From positions 3,300,001-3,332,000 of the forward strand of contig NZ_CP015137.1 of the NCBI RefSeq assembly GCF_001644705.1: a stretch of 32,000 nt of DNA, given 5' to 3'. Source of the stretch: Dickeya solani IPO 2222 (GTDB lineage: Bacteria > Pseudomonadota > Gammaproteobacteria > Enterobacterales > Enterobacteriaceae). The stretch's first letter is position 1, and each line of letters begins with the position of its first letter. Both the position numbers and the translations under genes were made by a program. Positions 8,737-19,035 of the stretch are shown one piece after another. Below the pieces are notes generated by a model. The model ran no database searches. It saw only the letters and a list, made by a program, of their open reading frames with translations, and had not been told where the DNA came from.

Positions 8737-10527
8737 ATGCTTAAAACTACTCGCGCTCGTATTCTGGCCGTGTGCACGGCCATCATTGTGGTTGCTCTGG
8801 TAATTAATACTTTTTTGAATTACCGGGTGACTGATAAATATAACGATGAATCCATCAATAACCTGCTTACCGCCGTGACCGCTGGCCACAGCCTGGCCAT
8901 TAGCGACTGGGTGGCCGCCAAAAAACAAATTATTACGTCACTTAATACCGTGGTGCTGACCAACGACGATCCGATCCCGGTGTTCAAACAGATGACGACG
9001 GCGGGCAGCTTCATCAACGTGTATATGGGGTATGCCAACCACACCGCCAAATTTGCCGATCCCGGCGGTATTCCGGCCAATTATGACCCCACCGTTCGCC
9101 CCTGGTACCAGCAGGCGGTGAGAGAAGGCAAGGCCATCGCGACCGCGCCGTATCTGGATATGGCGACCAATACCATTGTGGTGTCGTTTGTGGCGCCGGT
9201 GCTGGACGGCGGCAGCGTCAAGGGCGTGCTGGGCAGCGACGTGACCATGGATAGCGTCATCGCCAACGTCAAAGCCATCCACCCGACGCCCGCCAGCTAC
9301 GGCATTCTGATTCAGGCCGATGGCACCATTATCGCCCATCCGGATGCCAAACTGACGCTGAAAAAATTGGCCGAAATTGCGCCGCAGGTGAATCTGGGAC
9401 AGGTGCTGAAATCCGACCGCCCGGTGCAGTTGAACATCAGTGGGCGCGACATGCTGGTAAGAACCCAGCCGGTGACTGGCACCGACTGGTATGTGCTGGT
9501 AGCGCTGGACAAGGCGGAAGCTACCGCCGGTATGGGCTCGCTGCTGTGGACGTCGGTGATCGCGCTGGTGGTCATCAGCATTCTGGGCTCGGTGGTACTG
9601 GGGCTGCTGATCAATGCCTCGCTCAAACGTCTGCTGCAGATTCGCGATGCGATGGACGACATCAGCCACGGCACCAACGACCTGACCCTGCGTTTGCCGG
9701 ACGACGGTCATGATGAAGTGGCGCAGATCGCCCGCTCGTTCAACACTTTTGTCGACAAACTCAGCCTGATTATGCTGCAGATTCGCGACATCAGCGCATC
9801 GCTGCAAACTGCGACCGACGAAGTGGCGACCGGCAACAACGATTTGGCGTCCCGCACCGAAGCGGCGGCGGCCAGCCTGCAGCAAACCGCCGCTGCGCTG
9901 GAGCAGATTTCCGCCACCGTTACCCAGTCGGCCGGTTCCGCCCAGCAGGTGAATGATCGTACCCGCTCGCTGGCGAACGACGCCAGCGTCGGCGGCAAAG
10001 TGGTGGCGGAGGTCGTCGACACTATGCAGGAAATCGAGGTGGCTTCCGGCAAGATTGGCGATATTATCGGCGTGATCGACGGTATTGCCTTCCAGACCAA
10101 TATCCTGGCGCTGAACGCGGCGGTGGAAGCCGCCCGCGCCGGCGAACAAGGACGCGGCTTTGCGGTAGTGGCTGGCGAGGTGCGTTCGCTGGCGCAACGC
10201 AGCGCGCAGGCAGCCAAAGAGATCAAGTCGCTGATCGAGTCCACCGTAGAGAGTGTGAATACCGGTTCGCGGCAGGTGCGTCAGGCTGGCAACACCATGA
10301 ACGAAATTGTCGGCGGCGTATCTTCCGTGAGTACGGTGATGTCGGAAATCACCCATGCGTCAGGAGAGCAGATGCGCGGGATTCAGGAGATCAACAAAGC
10401 GGTGGCGCAGCTGGATTCAATGGTGCAGCAGAACGCGGCGATGGTGCAGGAAGCGGCATCCGCCTTCGCCTCGTTGCAATCGCAGTCGGAAGAACTGCAC
10501 TCCTCGATCAGTCACTTTAAGCTGTAA
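8737..10527 (+). CDS. methyl-accepting chemotaxis protein with a periplasmic Cache-like sensor, HAMP and MA domains, 596 aa
   Basis: TM1 ([18 protein letters not shown]) is followed by a ~260-aa periplasmic region, TM2 ([24 protein letters not shown]) and a HAMP domain. The signalling hairpin [41 protein letters not shown] is conserved. The start is ambiguous (ATG 8680, GTG 8728 or ATG 8737). I chose 8737 because it gives [10 protein letters not shown] directly before TM1. Confidence 0.88.
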   Translation: MLKTTRARILAVCTAIIVVALVINTFLNYRVTDKYNDESINNLLTAVTAGHSLAISDWVAAKKQIITSLNTVVLTNDDPIPVFKQMTTAGSFINVYMGYANHTAKFADPGGIPANYDPTVRPWYQQAVREGKAIATAPYLDMATNTIVVSFVAPVLDGGSVKGVLGSDVTMDSVIANVKAIHPTPASYGILIQADGTIIAHPDAKLTLKKLAEIAPQVNLGQVLKSDRPVQLNISGRDMLVRTQPVTGTDWYVLVALDKAEATAGMGSLLWTSVIALVVISILGSVVLGLLINASLKRLLQIRDAMDDISHGTNDLTLRLPDDGHDEVAQIARSFNTFVDKLSLIMLQIRDISASLQTATDEVATGNNDLASRTEAAAASLQQTAAALEQISATVTQSAGSAQQVNDRTRSLANDASVGGKVVAEVVDTMQEIEVASGKIGDIIGVIDGIAFQTNILALNAAVEAARAGEQGRGFAVVAGEVRSLAQRSAQAAKEIKSLIESTVESVNTGSRQVRQAGNTMNEIVGGVSSVSTVMSEITHASGEQMRGIQEINKAVAQLDSMVQQNAAMVQEAASAFASLQSQSEELHSSISHFKL

Positions 10528-10997
10528 CAAGACGGGGGCTGGGTTATCTGGCGAGCCGGATGCTTTGCGAATGGTGATGTTTGTCCGACCTGTGAGTGAT
10601 TTCGTGCGAGATAAACGGTGGAGTTTCCTTGCCATTTCATCGCACGCACGACAAGGAGAGGCTCAGACGCCGCCTCTCCTTGGCCACTGGCTGAGGGCTA
10701 AACTGCGGCGCTGCGCGCTACCTTCGGCGTTCGACTTCGCTGTTCGGGCCGCCCGTGACGCGGTTACTCGCCCCATCCCTGGGGCTCGCCCTTCGGGCCA
10801 GCGTAAACGCTGTTCAAAAACGTTCCCGACGTTTTTGTCCGGCGCGGCACGGGCTTTCGCGACGTCCTGTCGCTCACCCGGCGAAGTCGCCCACCTCAGC
10901 GCAGTTTTGACGCCACAAAAAACCATTACCTGTAAGAAGTTTTGTCGGCAATCAACAGGGAGCCAGCTTATCTGGTGCCCTGTTGCGGCTGGTGTAA
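10528..10997. other. 470-bp G+C-rich, hairpin-dense non-coding element between convergent genes (candidate dispersed repeat, MITE-like insertion or structured RNA)
   Basis: Perfect short stems: AAGGAGAGG/CCTCTCCTT 10653-10681, CCCCA/TGGGG 10771-10784, GCCC/GGGC 10788-10798, CAGCG/CGCTG 10799-10812, CAAAAACGT/ACGTTTTTG 10815-10837, GCGAC/GTCGC 10859-10873, CAACAGGG/CCCTGTTG 10953-10985. TTATCTGG occurs at 10544-10551 and 10968-10975 in similar contexts. There is no credible ORF. Confidence 0.6.
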
Positions 10998-11909
10998 TTA
11001 CCGCTGCGCCTCGCCACCCAACGCTTCCGTCAGGTTGGCGATCAATGCCGCCACTTCGCCGGTCATTAGCGTAAAGTCGGCGTCAAACCGCTGAGCCACG
11101 TCTTCCCGGTCGATATCGTCGTTCTGCTCGCGCAGGGGATCGGCGAATTTCAGACGCTTGAGCGAGCCGTCGTCCGCCAGCACCAGCTGGATGCGCTCCT
11201 GCCAGTCCAGCGCCAGTTTGGTCACCACCTTGCCTGCTTCGATGTGGGTGGCGATTTCATCGCTGACCAGTTCTTGTTTCTTGCAGCGAATGACGCCGCC
11301 GTCTTCCAGCACTGCTTTCAGCTCGGCTTCGTCCTGTAGCGTGAAACCGGCGGGCGTTTGGCCGGAACGGACCCACTCGGTCAGCGTCAGCTCGATCGGG
11401 TTTTCCATGGTCAGCGGCACCACCGGCAGCGACCCCAGCGTTTTACGCAGCAGCGCCAGCGTATCCTCGGCTTTCTTGGCGCTGGCGGCATCTACCATGA
11501 TCAGGTGATTGACGGTGTCGATCCACAGCGAAATCTGGCTAAAACGGCTGAACGCGCGGGGCAGCAGGCTGTGCAGCACGTCGTCTTTCAGCGCGTCCTT
11601 TTCGGTTTTCTTCAGCTTGCGGTGCTGTTCGCCTTCCAGTTTGTCGATCCGGGCCTGCAGCGCTTGCTTGATGACCGGCGCAGGCAGGATCTTCTCTTCT
11701 TTGCGGGCGCAGATCAGTATCTGACCGTTGACCACGTGGGTCAGGGCATCGCCGTGCGGCCCCATCGGCGAGACCCAGCCGGTTTTAGTCAGATCCTGAC
11801 TACCGCAGGGGGTAAAGGCGCAGGAGGCCAGCTGTGTCTCCATGGCGTCCGCAGAGAGGCTGATCTCGCGGCTCAGGCGATAAATCATCAAATTTTTAAA
11901 CCACAGCAT
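10998..11909 (-). CDS. rdgC: recombination-associated protein RdgC, 303 aa
   Basis: [16 protein letters not shown]... and the 303-aa length match E. coli RdgC. The track ORF 10998..12050 is over-extended upstream. Confidence 0.93.
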   Translation of the reverse strand: MLWFKNLMIYRLSREISLSADAMETQLASCAFTPCGSQDLTKTGWVSPMGPHGDALTHVVNGQILICARKEEKILPAPVIKQALQARIDKLEGEQHRKLKKTEKDALKDDVLHSLLPRAFSRFSQISLWIDTVNHLIMVDAASAKKAEDTLALLRKTLGSLPVVPLTMENPIELTLTEWVRSGQTPAGFTLQDEAELKAVLEDGGVIRCKKQELVSDEIATHIEAGKVVTKLALDWQERIQLVLADDGSLKRLKFADPLREQNDDIDREDVAQRFDADFTLMTGEVAALIANLTEALGGEAQR

Positions 11910-12079
11910 TTTTCTTCCCAGACTGGCGCGTCGCTGGCGCGGCTCCACGTGATAACGCGGGGCGAGTTTCAGGACGCAGGGGTTATTCGCAGCAGGCATG
12001 ATAACGAATTGTGGTGAGGGACGGTACGATAATGTCATCATCAGGAACACGCGAGTTCGGTGGATAAACAGGAGACAAC

Positions 12080-12991
12080 GTGCGAATAGGTATTGATTTG
12101 GGCGGCACCAAAACCGAGGTCATTGCGCTGACGGATGAGGGGAGCGAGGCATTCCGCCATCGGGTGGCGACGCCGCGCCACGACTATCGTCAAACTCTGC
12201 AAGTTATCGCCGATCTGGTTGGCATGGCGGAGCAGGCCACCGGACAGCACGGCAGCGTGGGCGTCGGTATTCCCGGCACGCTGTCGCCGATGACCGGCCG
12301 GGTCAAAAACGCCAATTCGGTGTGGCTGAATCAGCAGCCGCTGGATCAGGATCTGGCGCAGCTGTTAGGTCGGCCGGTGCGGGTGGCGAACGACGCCAAC
12401 TGCTTTGCGGTATCCGAGGCGGTGGATGGCGCGGCGGCCGGGGCGGGTAACGTATTCGCGGTGATCATCGGCACCGGTTGCGGCGCCGGGATGGCGTTGA
12501 ACGGACTGGCGCACAGCGGGCGCAACGGCGTGGCCGGTGAGTGGGGGCATAATCCGCTGCCGTGGATGGATGCCGACGAATGGCGCGATCAGCAGGCGAT
12601 GCCTTGCTATTGCGGCCGCACGGGGTGCATCGAGACGTTTATTTCCGGCACCGGCTTTGGCATGGATTATCAGCGTCTGAGCGGTCAGACGCGGCAGGGT
12701 CATGAAATTATTGATCTGGCCGGGCGGGGCAATGCGCTGGCGGAACAGGCATTGCAACGCTATGAGCAGCGTCTGGCTAAGTCGCTGGCGCATATCGTCA
12801 ATCTGCTGGACCCGGACGTGATTGTGCTGGGCGGCGGCATGAGCAACGTCAAACGGCTGTATGACACCGTGCCCGGTTTGCTGAAACAGTGGGTGTTCGG
12901 CGGCGAGTGCGATACGCCGGTTCGGCAGGCGATGCATGGCGACTCCAGCGGCGTGCGCGGCGCCGCCTGGTTGTGGCCGCAAGAGCGGTAA
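12080..12991 (+). CDS. mak: fructokinase / manno(fructo)kinase Mak (ROK family), 303 aa, GTG start
   Basis: [17 protein letters not shown]..., [18 protein letters not shown] (ROK Zn motif) and ...[17 protein letters not shown] are collinear with E. coli Mak/YajF from memory. AGGAG at 12070-12074 precedes the GTG at 12080. Confidence 0.92.
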   Translation: MRIGIDLGGTKTEVIALTDEGSEAFRHRVATPRHDYRQTLQVIADLVGMAEQATGQHGSVGVGIPGTLSPMTGRVKNANSVWLNQQPLDQDLAQLLGRPVRVANDANCFAVSEAVDGAAAGAGNVFAVIIGTGCGAGMALNGLAHSGRNGVAGEWGHNPLPWMDADEWRDQQAMPCYCGRTGCIETFISGTGFGMDYQRLSGQTRQGHEIIDLAGRGNALAEQALQRYEQRLAKSLAHIVNLLDPDVIVLGGGMSNVKRLYDTVPGLLKQWVFGGECDTPVRQAMHGDSSGVRGAAWLWPQER

Positions 12992-12996
12992 ACGTC

Positions 12997-13025
12997 CAGC
13001 GGGGACGCCAGATACATCCCCGCTG
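12997..13025. terminator. hairpin CAGCGGGG-N13-CCCCGCTG in the 37-bp gap between convergent mak and sbcC
   Basis: The 8-bp perfect stem is followed on the + strand by AATTTATTT, which suits mak. It may serve both convergent genes. Confidence 0.6.
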
Positions 13026-13028
13026 AAT

Positions 13029-16000
13029 TTATTTCACCGCATACGCGCTGTCGAGCTGGCTGACGCCCAGACCGTTGCGCTTTCTGACCCGGATTTGCAC
13101 CTGAATACGGTCTTTCATCGCTTCCACGTGACTGATGACGCCGATGCTCTTGCCGGAAGCATTCAGGTTATCCAGTACGTCCAGCGCGGTATCCAGCGTC
13201 TCGCCGTCCAGCGTGCCAAAACCTTCGTCGAGGAACAGCGAGTCGATACGGGTTTTGGTGCTGACCAGATCGGATAGCGCCAGCGCCAGCGCCAGGCTGA
13301 CCAGAAAACTTTCGCCGCCGGACAGCGTGCGGGTATCGCGTACCGCGTCGGCCTGCCAGGTATCGGCCACCTGCAATTCCAGCGTGTCGGATGCCTTGCG
13401 TTGCAGCAGGTAGCGCCCATGCAAGCGCGACAGTTGGCGGTTGGCCAGAAACACCAGATGATCCAGCGTCAGTCCCTGCGCGAAGCGGCGGAATTTGTCG
13501 CCTTTCTGCGAGCCAATCAACTGGTTGAGGTAGCCCCAGTCGTCGCACTGTTGCTGACCGCGGGCGATCGCCTCCAGCAACAGGCGCTGTTTGTCGCGGC
13601 GTTGCTGATCGCTGGCAAGCTGCTGGCGCAGTTCGCCCTGATGTGCGGCTTCGGCTTTTACCATGTCCCCGAGTCCGGAGAGCAACTGACGGATGTCATG
13701 GTCGCTGATGCCTTCCGGCATCGATTCCGGCCGGGTCGCCATGTGTTGCTCCAGCGCGCTGTCCGCCTGCTGCAACAACGCGTCCACCTGCTGCTGACGC
13801 TGGCTGAGCCGCTCTTTTAGCGTGAGGAGCTGGTGGCGCTCGGCCTCGGCCAGCAAGGCATGGCGGAAGGCGGCTTCATCGTTGAATCCGGCGGCGGTCA
13901 GTTCTTCCGCAAACCCGGTCTGAAGCTGCTGCAATGCGGTATCGGCATGCTGGGTTTGCTGTTCCAGACTGCCGATTTCCCCGTTCAGGCGGCTGTGCAA
14001 CGACTGGCCCTGTTGCCACTGCTGCTGCGCCTGCTGGCTTTCCAGCTCCAGCGTCTGGCTGACCTGCCGCAATTGCTTCAGCACCTCATTCACCGCCTGA
14101 TTGCCCATCAATTGCCAGCGCTGTTGCTGCGCCTGTTCCAGCGTGCGTTGGATGTCGGCCAGTTGCTGCTGATAGGTTTTGATGGCGGCGTCGGTTTCTT
14201 CCTGCCGCTGCTGGCTGGCGATGATTTCCGCTTCCAGCGCGGCGAGTTGCGGCTGGCACTGATGCTGTTCGTGTTCGTTTTCCTGCCAGCGCAGCCATTC
14301 CGTCTGGCGCTGACGCAGCCAGTCTTCCTGCTGCGCCAGCGTGGGCGCCGTCAGTTCGAACGTTTCCAGCGTCTGACTGAGGCTGTCGCGCAGGCGTTGT
14401 AACTCGCGTTCGGTTTTTTCCAGCAACAGCCGCAGTTCTTCCCGCGAGGCGTGCAGCGACGCCTGCTGCTGAGTGTTCAGCTCCAGTTGTTGTACGGTTT
14501 GCGCCAACAGTTGCTGCGCCGAGGTGAGTAAATCCTTACTTTCCTGAATATGGCGCTGATTACGCTCACGACTGGCGATTTGCGCCTGCAGCGACTGCTC
14601 CTGTGCGTTGGACTCTTCAATCCACTGATGCAGGGCCGGCAGTTGCAGCGGATCGAAGTCAACAAGTAAGCGTTTACCGACTGATTGGCACTGCAACTGC
14701 AGCGACTCGTAATCGCGCCGGACGCCGTCGAGCGCGTTTTGCTGCTGCTGGCGGTGCTGTTTTTGCAACTGAAGCTGGGTTTCAGTCTGCACCACGCTGG
14801 CTTTCAGCGCCTCCACCTCCTGACGCAGCGCATGCAGCCGGAGCTGGGTTTCCGAAGGGCGCAGCGCCTGATAGCGTTCCACCGCCGGATGATGCGGGGA
14901 GCCGCACAGCGGGCACTCTTTGCCCGGTTGCAGTTGCTGGCGCTCGCGCTCCAGACTGACGATACGCAGCTCCAGTTCGTGACGTTTGTCGAGGTCGGTC
15001 AGATGGTCGGCCTGGCGCTGATAGTCCTGACGCTGCTGGGTCTGTTGATCTTCCAGCGCCTGAATACGGCGCTGGGTATCCAGCTGTTGCGCTTCCAGCA
15101 GGGTGCGCTGGCTAATCAACTGCTGCAATACGGCGGCGCTGGTGGCCAGTTGCTGGCGATCCGGCCGTTCGGCCATAAGCCGGGCCAGTTGCTGGCGTAG
15201 GTTCGCCAGCGGTTGCTCCGCTTCCAGTTGTTCATCCTGCTGCAGATGCTCGGTCAGCAGTTGCTGGGCTCGCTCGCAGGCGCCTTGCTGCGCCTGATGT
15301 TTTTCTGCGAGCGAGGCGCGCTGCTGGTCAAGGTATTCCGCCTGAATCTGCTGCTGCGCCGCTTTTTCCTGCAGCACCTGCAAGTCCTGCTGCCATTTCT
15401 GCTGCTGGGGAAATTGCGCCTGCCACAGCGGAATATGGCTGCCCAAATGCTGGTGGCGGCTATGCTGCTGGCGATAGTTTTCGATGTCTTCCAGCCGTTG
15501 CCGCGTTTGTTCCTGCTGGCGCTGTAGTCTGGTCAGGCTGGCGATCAGCGTTTTCTGCTGTTCAAGCAGGTTATCCAGCGCTTGCTGTTGCTGGGCGCGC
15601 TGGGCCTGCTGGGTGGCGATGTGATGGTCGAGCGGCAGGATACGTTCATTGATCAACGTTTCCTGTTGCTGGCGATGCTCGGCGTGCTGCTGGCGGGTGG
15701 ACAACGCTTTTTCCAGCTGGATTTTCAACAGATTAAGCGCATCCTGTTGGCGGCTGATCTGCTGGCGGACGCTATTCAACTGCTGGGTCAGGCGCTGTTT
15801 TTCCCGTAGCGCGCGCTCGCGTTCATCGAAGCGCGGACGCAGTTTTTCCGCCGGTTCGCTGCGCTGCAGTTTATCCAACTGCGGTTGCGATTGTTGCTGT
15901 AATTGTTCCTGCGCGGCGCGCTGCTGCTGGGCCTGCTGTTGCGCCTGCTGGTGCTGCAACAGCGTGTCGTACCAGCGCTGATGCCCCAGCACCTCTTCCC

Positions 16001-16712
16001 GGTGCAATGACAGCGACTGTTCCTGCTGGCGGATGGCTTCCAACTGCTGCTCCAGCGCCTGACGCTGTTCGTCGCTCAGCAATTCCAGCGTAGCGACCTG
16101 CGCCCGCAGGGTTTCCAGCTTGCTCTGGGCGTCTTTGTGTTTCTCGAATACCCGCTCCGAGATTTGGCCGTAAATGTCGGTGCCGGTCAGCTCTTCGAGC
16201 AGCTCGGCCCGCTGATTGGCATCGGCGTTCAGGAAGGCGGCGAACTGCCCCTGGGACAGCATCATCGATTTGGTGAAACGATCGAAGTCCAGCCCGGTGA
16301 TATCGGCGATCATCGTCAGCTTGTCGTTCACCTTGTCGGTGAGGATTTTGCCGTCGGCGCACAACGCCAGCTCCACCTTGGGCGGCTGCAGATTGCCTTC
16401 CGGGCTGTTATGGGCGCGACGCTGGCTCCAGAAGGCGCGGTAGGCGACGTTCTTCACCTCGAATTCCACTTCCGCCAGACATTCGGCGGTGTGGCGCGTC
16501 ATCAGCTCGTTCTGGCTGGGGCCGACCTTCAGGCGCGGCGTCTGGTGGTACAGCGCGAGGCAGATGGCGTCCAGCAGCGTGGTTTTACCTGCGCCGGTGG
16601 GGCCGGTGATGGCGAACAGGCTGTTGCTGGCGAACGGCTCGCGGGTGAAATCGATTTTCCACTCGCCCTGCAGCGAGTTGAGGTTTTTCAGGCGCAGGCT
16701 AAGAATTTTCAT
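13029..16712 (-). CDS. sbcC: SbcC ATPase subunit of the SbcCD nuclease (SMC-like), 1227 aa
   Basis: It has Walker [10 protein letters not shown], a very long Q/E/L/R-rich coiled coil, the CxxC zinc hook KECPLCGS near the middle, signature LSGGE and Walker [12 protein letters not shown]. The ATG overlaps the sbcD stop (ATGA at 16709-16712). Confidence 0.95.
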   Translation of the reverse strand: MKILSLRLKNLNSLQGEWKIDFTREPFASNSLFAITGPTGAGKTTLLDAICLALYHQTPRLKVGPSQNELMTRHTAECLAEVEFEVKNVAYRAFWSQRRAHNSPEGNLQPPKVELALCADGKILTDKVNDKLTMIADITGLDFDRFTKSMMLSQGQFAAFLNADANQRAELLEELTGTDIYGQISERVFEKHKDAQSKLETLRAQVATLELLSDEQRQALEQQLEAIRQQEQSLSLHREEVLGHQRWYDTLLQHQQAQQQAQQQRAAQEQLQQQSQPQLDKLQRSEPAEKLRPRFDERERALREKQRLTQQLNSVRQQISRQQDALNLLKIQLEKALSTRQQHAEHRQQQETLINERILPLDHHIATQQAQRAQQQQALDNLLEQQKTLIASLTRLQRQQEQTRQRLEDIENYRQQHSRHQHLGSHIPLWQAQFPQQQKWQQDLQVLQEKAAQQQIQAEYLDQQRASLAEKHQAQQGACERAQQLLTEHLQQDEQLEAEQPLANLRQQLARLMAERPDRQQLATSAAVLQQLISQRTLLEAQQLDTQRRIQALEDQQTQQRQDYQRQADHLTDLDKRHELELRIVSLERERQQLQPGKECPLCGSPHHPAVERYQALRPSETQLRLHALRQEVEALKASVVQTETQLQLQKQHRQQQQNALDGVRRDYESLQLQCQSVGKRLLVDFDPLQLPALHQWIEESNAQEQSLQAQIASRERNQRHIQESKDLLTSAQQLLAQTVQQLELNTQQQASLHASREELRLLLEKTERELQRLRDSLSQTLETFELTAPTLAQQEDWLRQRQTEWLRWQENEHEQHQCQPQLAALEAEIIASQQRQEETDAAIKTYQQQLADIQRTLEQAQQQRWQLMGNQAVNEVLKQLRQVSQTLELESQQAQQQWQQGQSLHSRLNGEIGSLEQQTQHADTALQQLQTGFAEELTAAGFNDEAAFRHALLAEAERHQLLTLKERLSQRQQQVDALLQQADSALEQHMATRPESMPEGISDHDIRQLLSGLGDMVKAEAAHQGELRQQLASDQQRRDKQRLLLEAIARGQQQCDDWGYLNQLIGSQKGDKFRRFAQGLTLDHLVFLANRQLSRLHGRYLLQRKASDTLELQVADTWQADAVRDTRTLSGGESFLVSLALALALSDLVSTKTRIDSLFLDEGFGTLDGETLDTALDVLDNLNASGKSIGVISHVEAMKDRIQVQIRVRKRNGLGVSQLDSAYAVK

Positions 16713-17941
16713 GCGGACGCCTCCCGTCGCTGCTCGTCAATTTCCTGAATGACCCGGTCGAACAGCCCTTTCAGGCGCTGCTGGCGCGCCTCGTCCAGAT
16801 CGCTCTCCAGCGCCAGCCGTCGGGCAAACACCTCGGCGGGTTGCAGCTCCTCCAGCGTTTCCTTTTCCAGTTGCACCAGCATTTGTTGCTGCTGTTCCCG
16901 CGCCCGGCGCAGCAACAGCACTTCCACATTCATCGGTTCGGTCAGCGCCTGAATGTGCTGCTGAATGTCGCTCAGATAATCCTGAGTGACGATCTCAATG
17001 TCCAGCCACACCGGTTTGTCGCCGTGATAGTCGCGGAATCCGGCCAGCCGGCGTTCGATCTCCGGCAGATTGCCTTTCACCAGTTGCATCGGTTGTTCGG
17101 TCGGCACGGTCAGCGCGGTGACCTCCTGCAGTTTGCCCTGCTCGAAATGCACCAGATACACCGATTTCTCATGATTCAGTTCGTCAAAACTCAGCGGAAT
17201 CGGCGAGCCGCTGTAACGGATGTGTTCGCATTGCGCCACCCGCTGCGGGCGATGAATGTGGCCGAGCGCGATGTAGTCCGCCGGGGGGAAAGCCTGCGCC
17301 GGGAACGCGTCCAGCGTGCCGATATAGATATCGCGCACCGAATCGGACGTGGCGACGCCCACCGTAGTGAGGTGGCCGGTCAGCACAATCGGCAGTTCGC
17401 GGCCCAGCGCCTCACGCTGCTCGCAGGCGAGCTGGTAACAGCGCTGATAATGGCTGGTGATGGCGTCCTGCAACGCCTGCTGTTTTTGCACGCCGGACTG
17501 GCCGGCCTGGCTGGTGAGCACGTCGCGCGGACGCAGAAAGGGAACGGCGCACAGCAGCGCGCCGGGTTCGCCTGCGCGGTTGTTCAGCACCAGCACTTGC
17601 TCGTGAATATCGCCGTCAAAACCGGCAATCACCCGGGTATTCAGGCAGGCCAGCAGCGCGCGTGATTCATTCAGGGTGGCGACCGAATCGTGGTTGCCGC
17701 CCATCACCACCAACTGGCAGCCGGTGCGCTGCAACGCCACCACAAAATGGTTATATATTTCACGGGCATAACTGGGCGGTGCGCCGTTGTCGAACACATC
17801 ACCTGCTACTATTACTGCATCGGCCTGATACTGCTCAACCTGCTGAACCAGCCAGTGCAAAAACGCCTGATGCTCAGGCGCACGGCTCCGGGTATAAAAG
17901 TACTGACCGAGATGCCAGTCAGACGTGTGAATAATTCGCAT
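16709..17941 (-). CDS. sbcD: SbcD Mre11-like nuclease subunit, 410 aa
   Basis: [23 protein letters not shown] and LGHIHRPQ are calcineurin-like phosphoesterase motifs. The track ORF start at 17998 is an upstream extension. The ATG at 17941 gives the canonical N-terminus. Confidence 0.93.
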   Translation of the reverse strand: MRIIHTSDWHLGQYFYTRSRAPEHQAFLHWLVQQVEQYQADAVIVAGDVFDNGAPPSYAREIYNHFVVALQRTGCQLVVMGGNHDSVATLNESRALLACLNTRVIAGFDGDIHEQVLVLNNRAGEPGALLCAVPFLRPRDVLTSQAGQSGVQKQQALQDAITSHYQRCYQLACEQREALGRELPIVLTGHLTTVGVATSDSVRDIYIGTLDAFPAQAFPPADYIALGHIHRPQRVAQCEHIRYSGSPIPLSFDELNHEKSVYLVHFEQGKLQEVTALTVPTEQPMQLVKGNLPEIERRLAGFRDYHGDKPVWLDIEIVTQDYLSDIQQHIQALTEPMNVEVLLLRRAREQQQQMLVQLEKETLEELQPAEVFARRLALESDLDEARQQRLKGLFDRVIQEIDEQRREASA

Positions 17942-18242
17942 GAGACTCCCTGCAGGTGAGTGCAAACGATATGTTGTTTTGGCGGTGCTTGCGGACAATG
18001 GCGGTCAGTGAAGCAAGGCGCTTGTTCGTCATGACGAAACACCGCGTCTTTATCATCGGCGATTATAGGCGTGCAGTTTAGGGCATGTCCCATAATATCT
18101 GTATGGCCCCCGGCTACCTGGGGGTGTTTGGCTGTGTCGTCGCGGACAGATAATGTGAGAAATTAAGCGCGCCGACGGTCTTCGGCAGCGGCTGGGGGCT
18201 GCGGCTGTCGGGGCGGAAACGTGCTGCGGACAGGGGCGCCAT

Positions 18243-18276
18243 TTTTCATAAATCTGTCATAAAACTGACGCATAAT
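18243..18276 (+). promoter_or_regulatory. Pho box (PhoB-binding direct repeats) plus -10 CATAAT of the phoB promoter
   Basis: TTTTCAT-AAAT-CTGTCAT-AAAA-CTGACGC (18243-18271) shows the 7+4-bp Pho-box periodicity. It is nearly identical to the E. coli phoB Pho box as I recall it (TTTTCATAAATCTGTCATAAATCTGAC). CATAAT lies at 18271-18276, 43 nt before the phoB ATG. Confidence 0.85.
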
Positions 18277-18318
18277 GCACACCGCACGCTAACCGTGACG
18301 ATTAACGGCAGGATTGAT

Positions 18319-19008
18319 ATGGCAAGACGTATTTTGGTGGTGGAAGATGAAGCGCCGATCCGCGAGATGGTGTGCTTCGTGCTGGAACAGAACGGCTATC
18401 AGCCGGTTGAGGCTGAGGATTACGACAGCGCCGTTACCCGGCTGGCCGAACCTTATCCTGAACTGGTGCTGCTGGACTGGATGCTGCCCGGCGGGTCCGG
18501 TTTGCAGTTTATCAAGCACATGAAACGCGAAGCGCTGACCCGTGATATCCCGGTCATGATGCTGACGGCGCGTGGTGAAGAAGAAGATCGCGTGCGCGGT
18601 CTCGAAGTGGGCGCCGACGATTACATCACCAAACCGTTTTCGCCCAAAGAGCTGGTGGCGCGCATTAAGGCGGTGATGCGCCGGATTTCGCCGATGGCGG
18701 TTGAGGAAGTGATTGAAATGCGCGGGTTGAGCCTGGATCCCTCTTCTCATCGGGTGACCACGGAAGAACACGCGCTGGATATGGGGCCGACTGAGTTCAA
18801 GCTGCTGCATTTCTTTATGACGCATCCGGAACGGGTATATAGTCGTGAGCAGTTGCTGAATCACGTATGGGGCACTAACGTTTATGTTGAGGATCGTACT
18901 GTGGATGTCCATATCCGCCGCCTGCGCAAGGCGCTGGAAACCAGTGGGCACGACAAGATGGTTCAGACCGTTCGGGGAACTGGATACCGTTTCTCAACAC
19001 GTTACTGA
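18319..19008 (+). CDS. phoB: phosphate regulon response regulator PhoB, 229 aa
   Basis: [17 protein letters not shown]..., a receiver domain, an OmpR-type winged helix (...[13 protein letters not shown]) and a length identical to E. coli PhoB. The track start at 18295 is an extension. Confidence 0.96.
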   Translation: MARRILVVEDEAPIREMVCFVLEQNGYQPVEAEDYDSAVTRLAEPYPELVLLDWMLPGGSGLQFIKHMKREALTRDIPVMMLTARGEEEDRVRGLEVGADDYITKPFSPKELVARIKAVMRRISPMAVEEVIEMRGLSLDPSSHRVTTEEHALDMGPTEFKLLHFFMTHPERVYSREQLLNHVWGTNVYVEDRTVDVHIRRLRKALETSGHDKMVQTVRGTGYRFSTRY

Positions 19009-19035
19009 TAGCGTGAGTCCCGGAGAAAATCTGAC

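Noticed and set aside
8938-10356. 472-aa ORF on the minus strand, the longest unassigned ORF in the track
   Set aside because: It lies entirely antisense to the well-supported MCP gene. Its composition is R/G/A/H-rich and low-complexity, as expected for a shadow frame of G+C-rich coding DNA. It has no recognisable motifs.
10682-10690. GCCACTGG, reminiscent of the conserved GCCACTG core of cobalamin riboswitches, given the MetE-like genes in the window
   Set aside because: I could not find the other riboswitch elements (a B12 box of the AGYCMGGAGACCKGCC type, or the GGGAA / GGTG motifs). No gene lies downstream on either strand for it to control, because the region sits between two gene 3' ends.
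10355-11074. 239-aa + strand ORF spanning the MCP-rdgC intergenic element
   Set aside because: It starts inside the MCP coding region in another frame and ends inside rdgC on the opposite strand. The translation is R/A/S/P-rich with no domain-like pattern. It is open only because the region is G+C-rich.
17812-18093. 93-aa minus-strand ORF overlapping the sbcD start, and a 36-codon + strand ORF at 17970-18080
   Set aside because: The first overlaps the sbcD 5' end out of frame. Neither has an SD, hydrophobic or other recognisable features, and both are consistent with random open frames in G+C-rich DNA.
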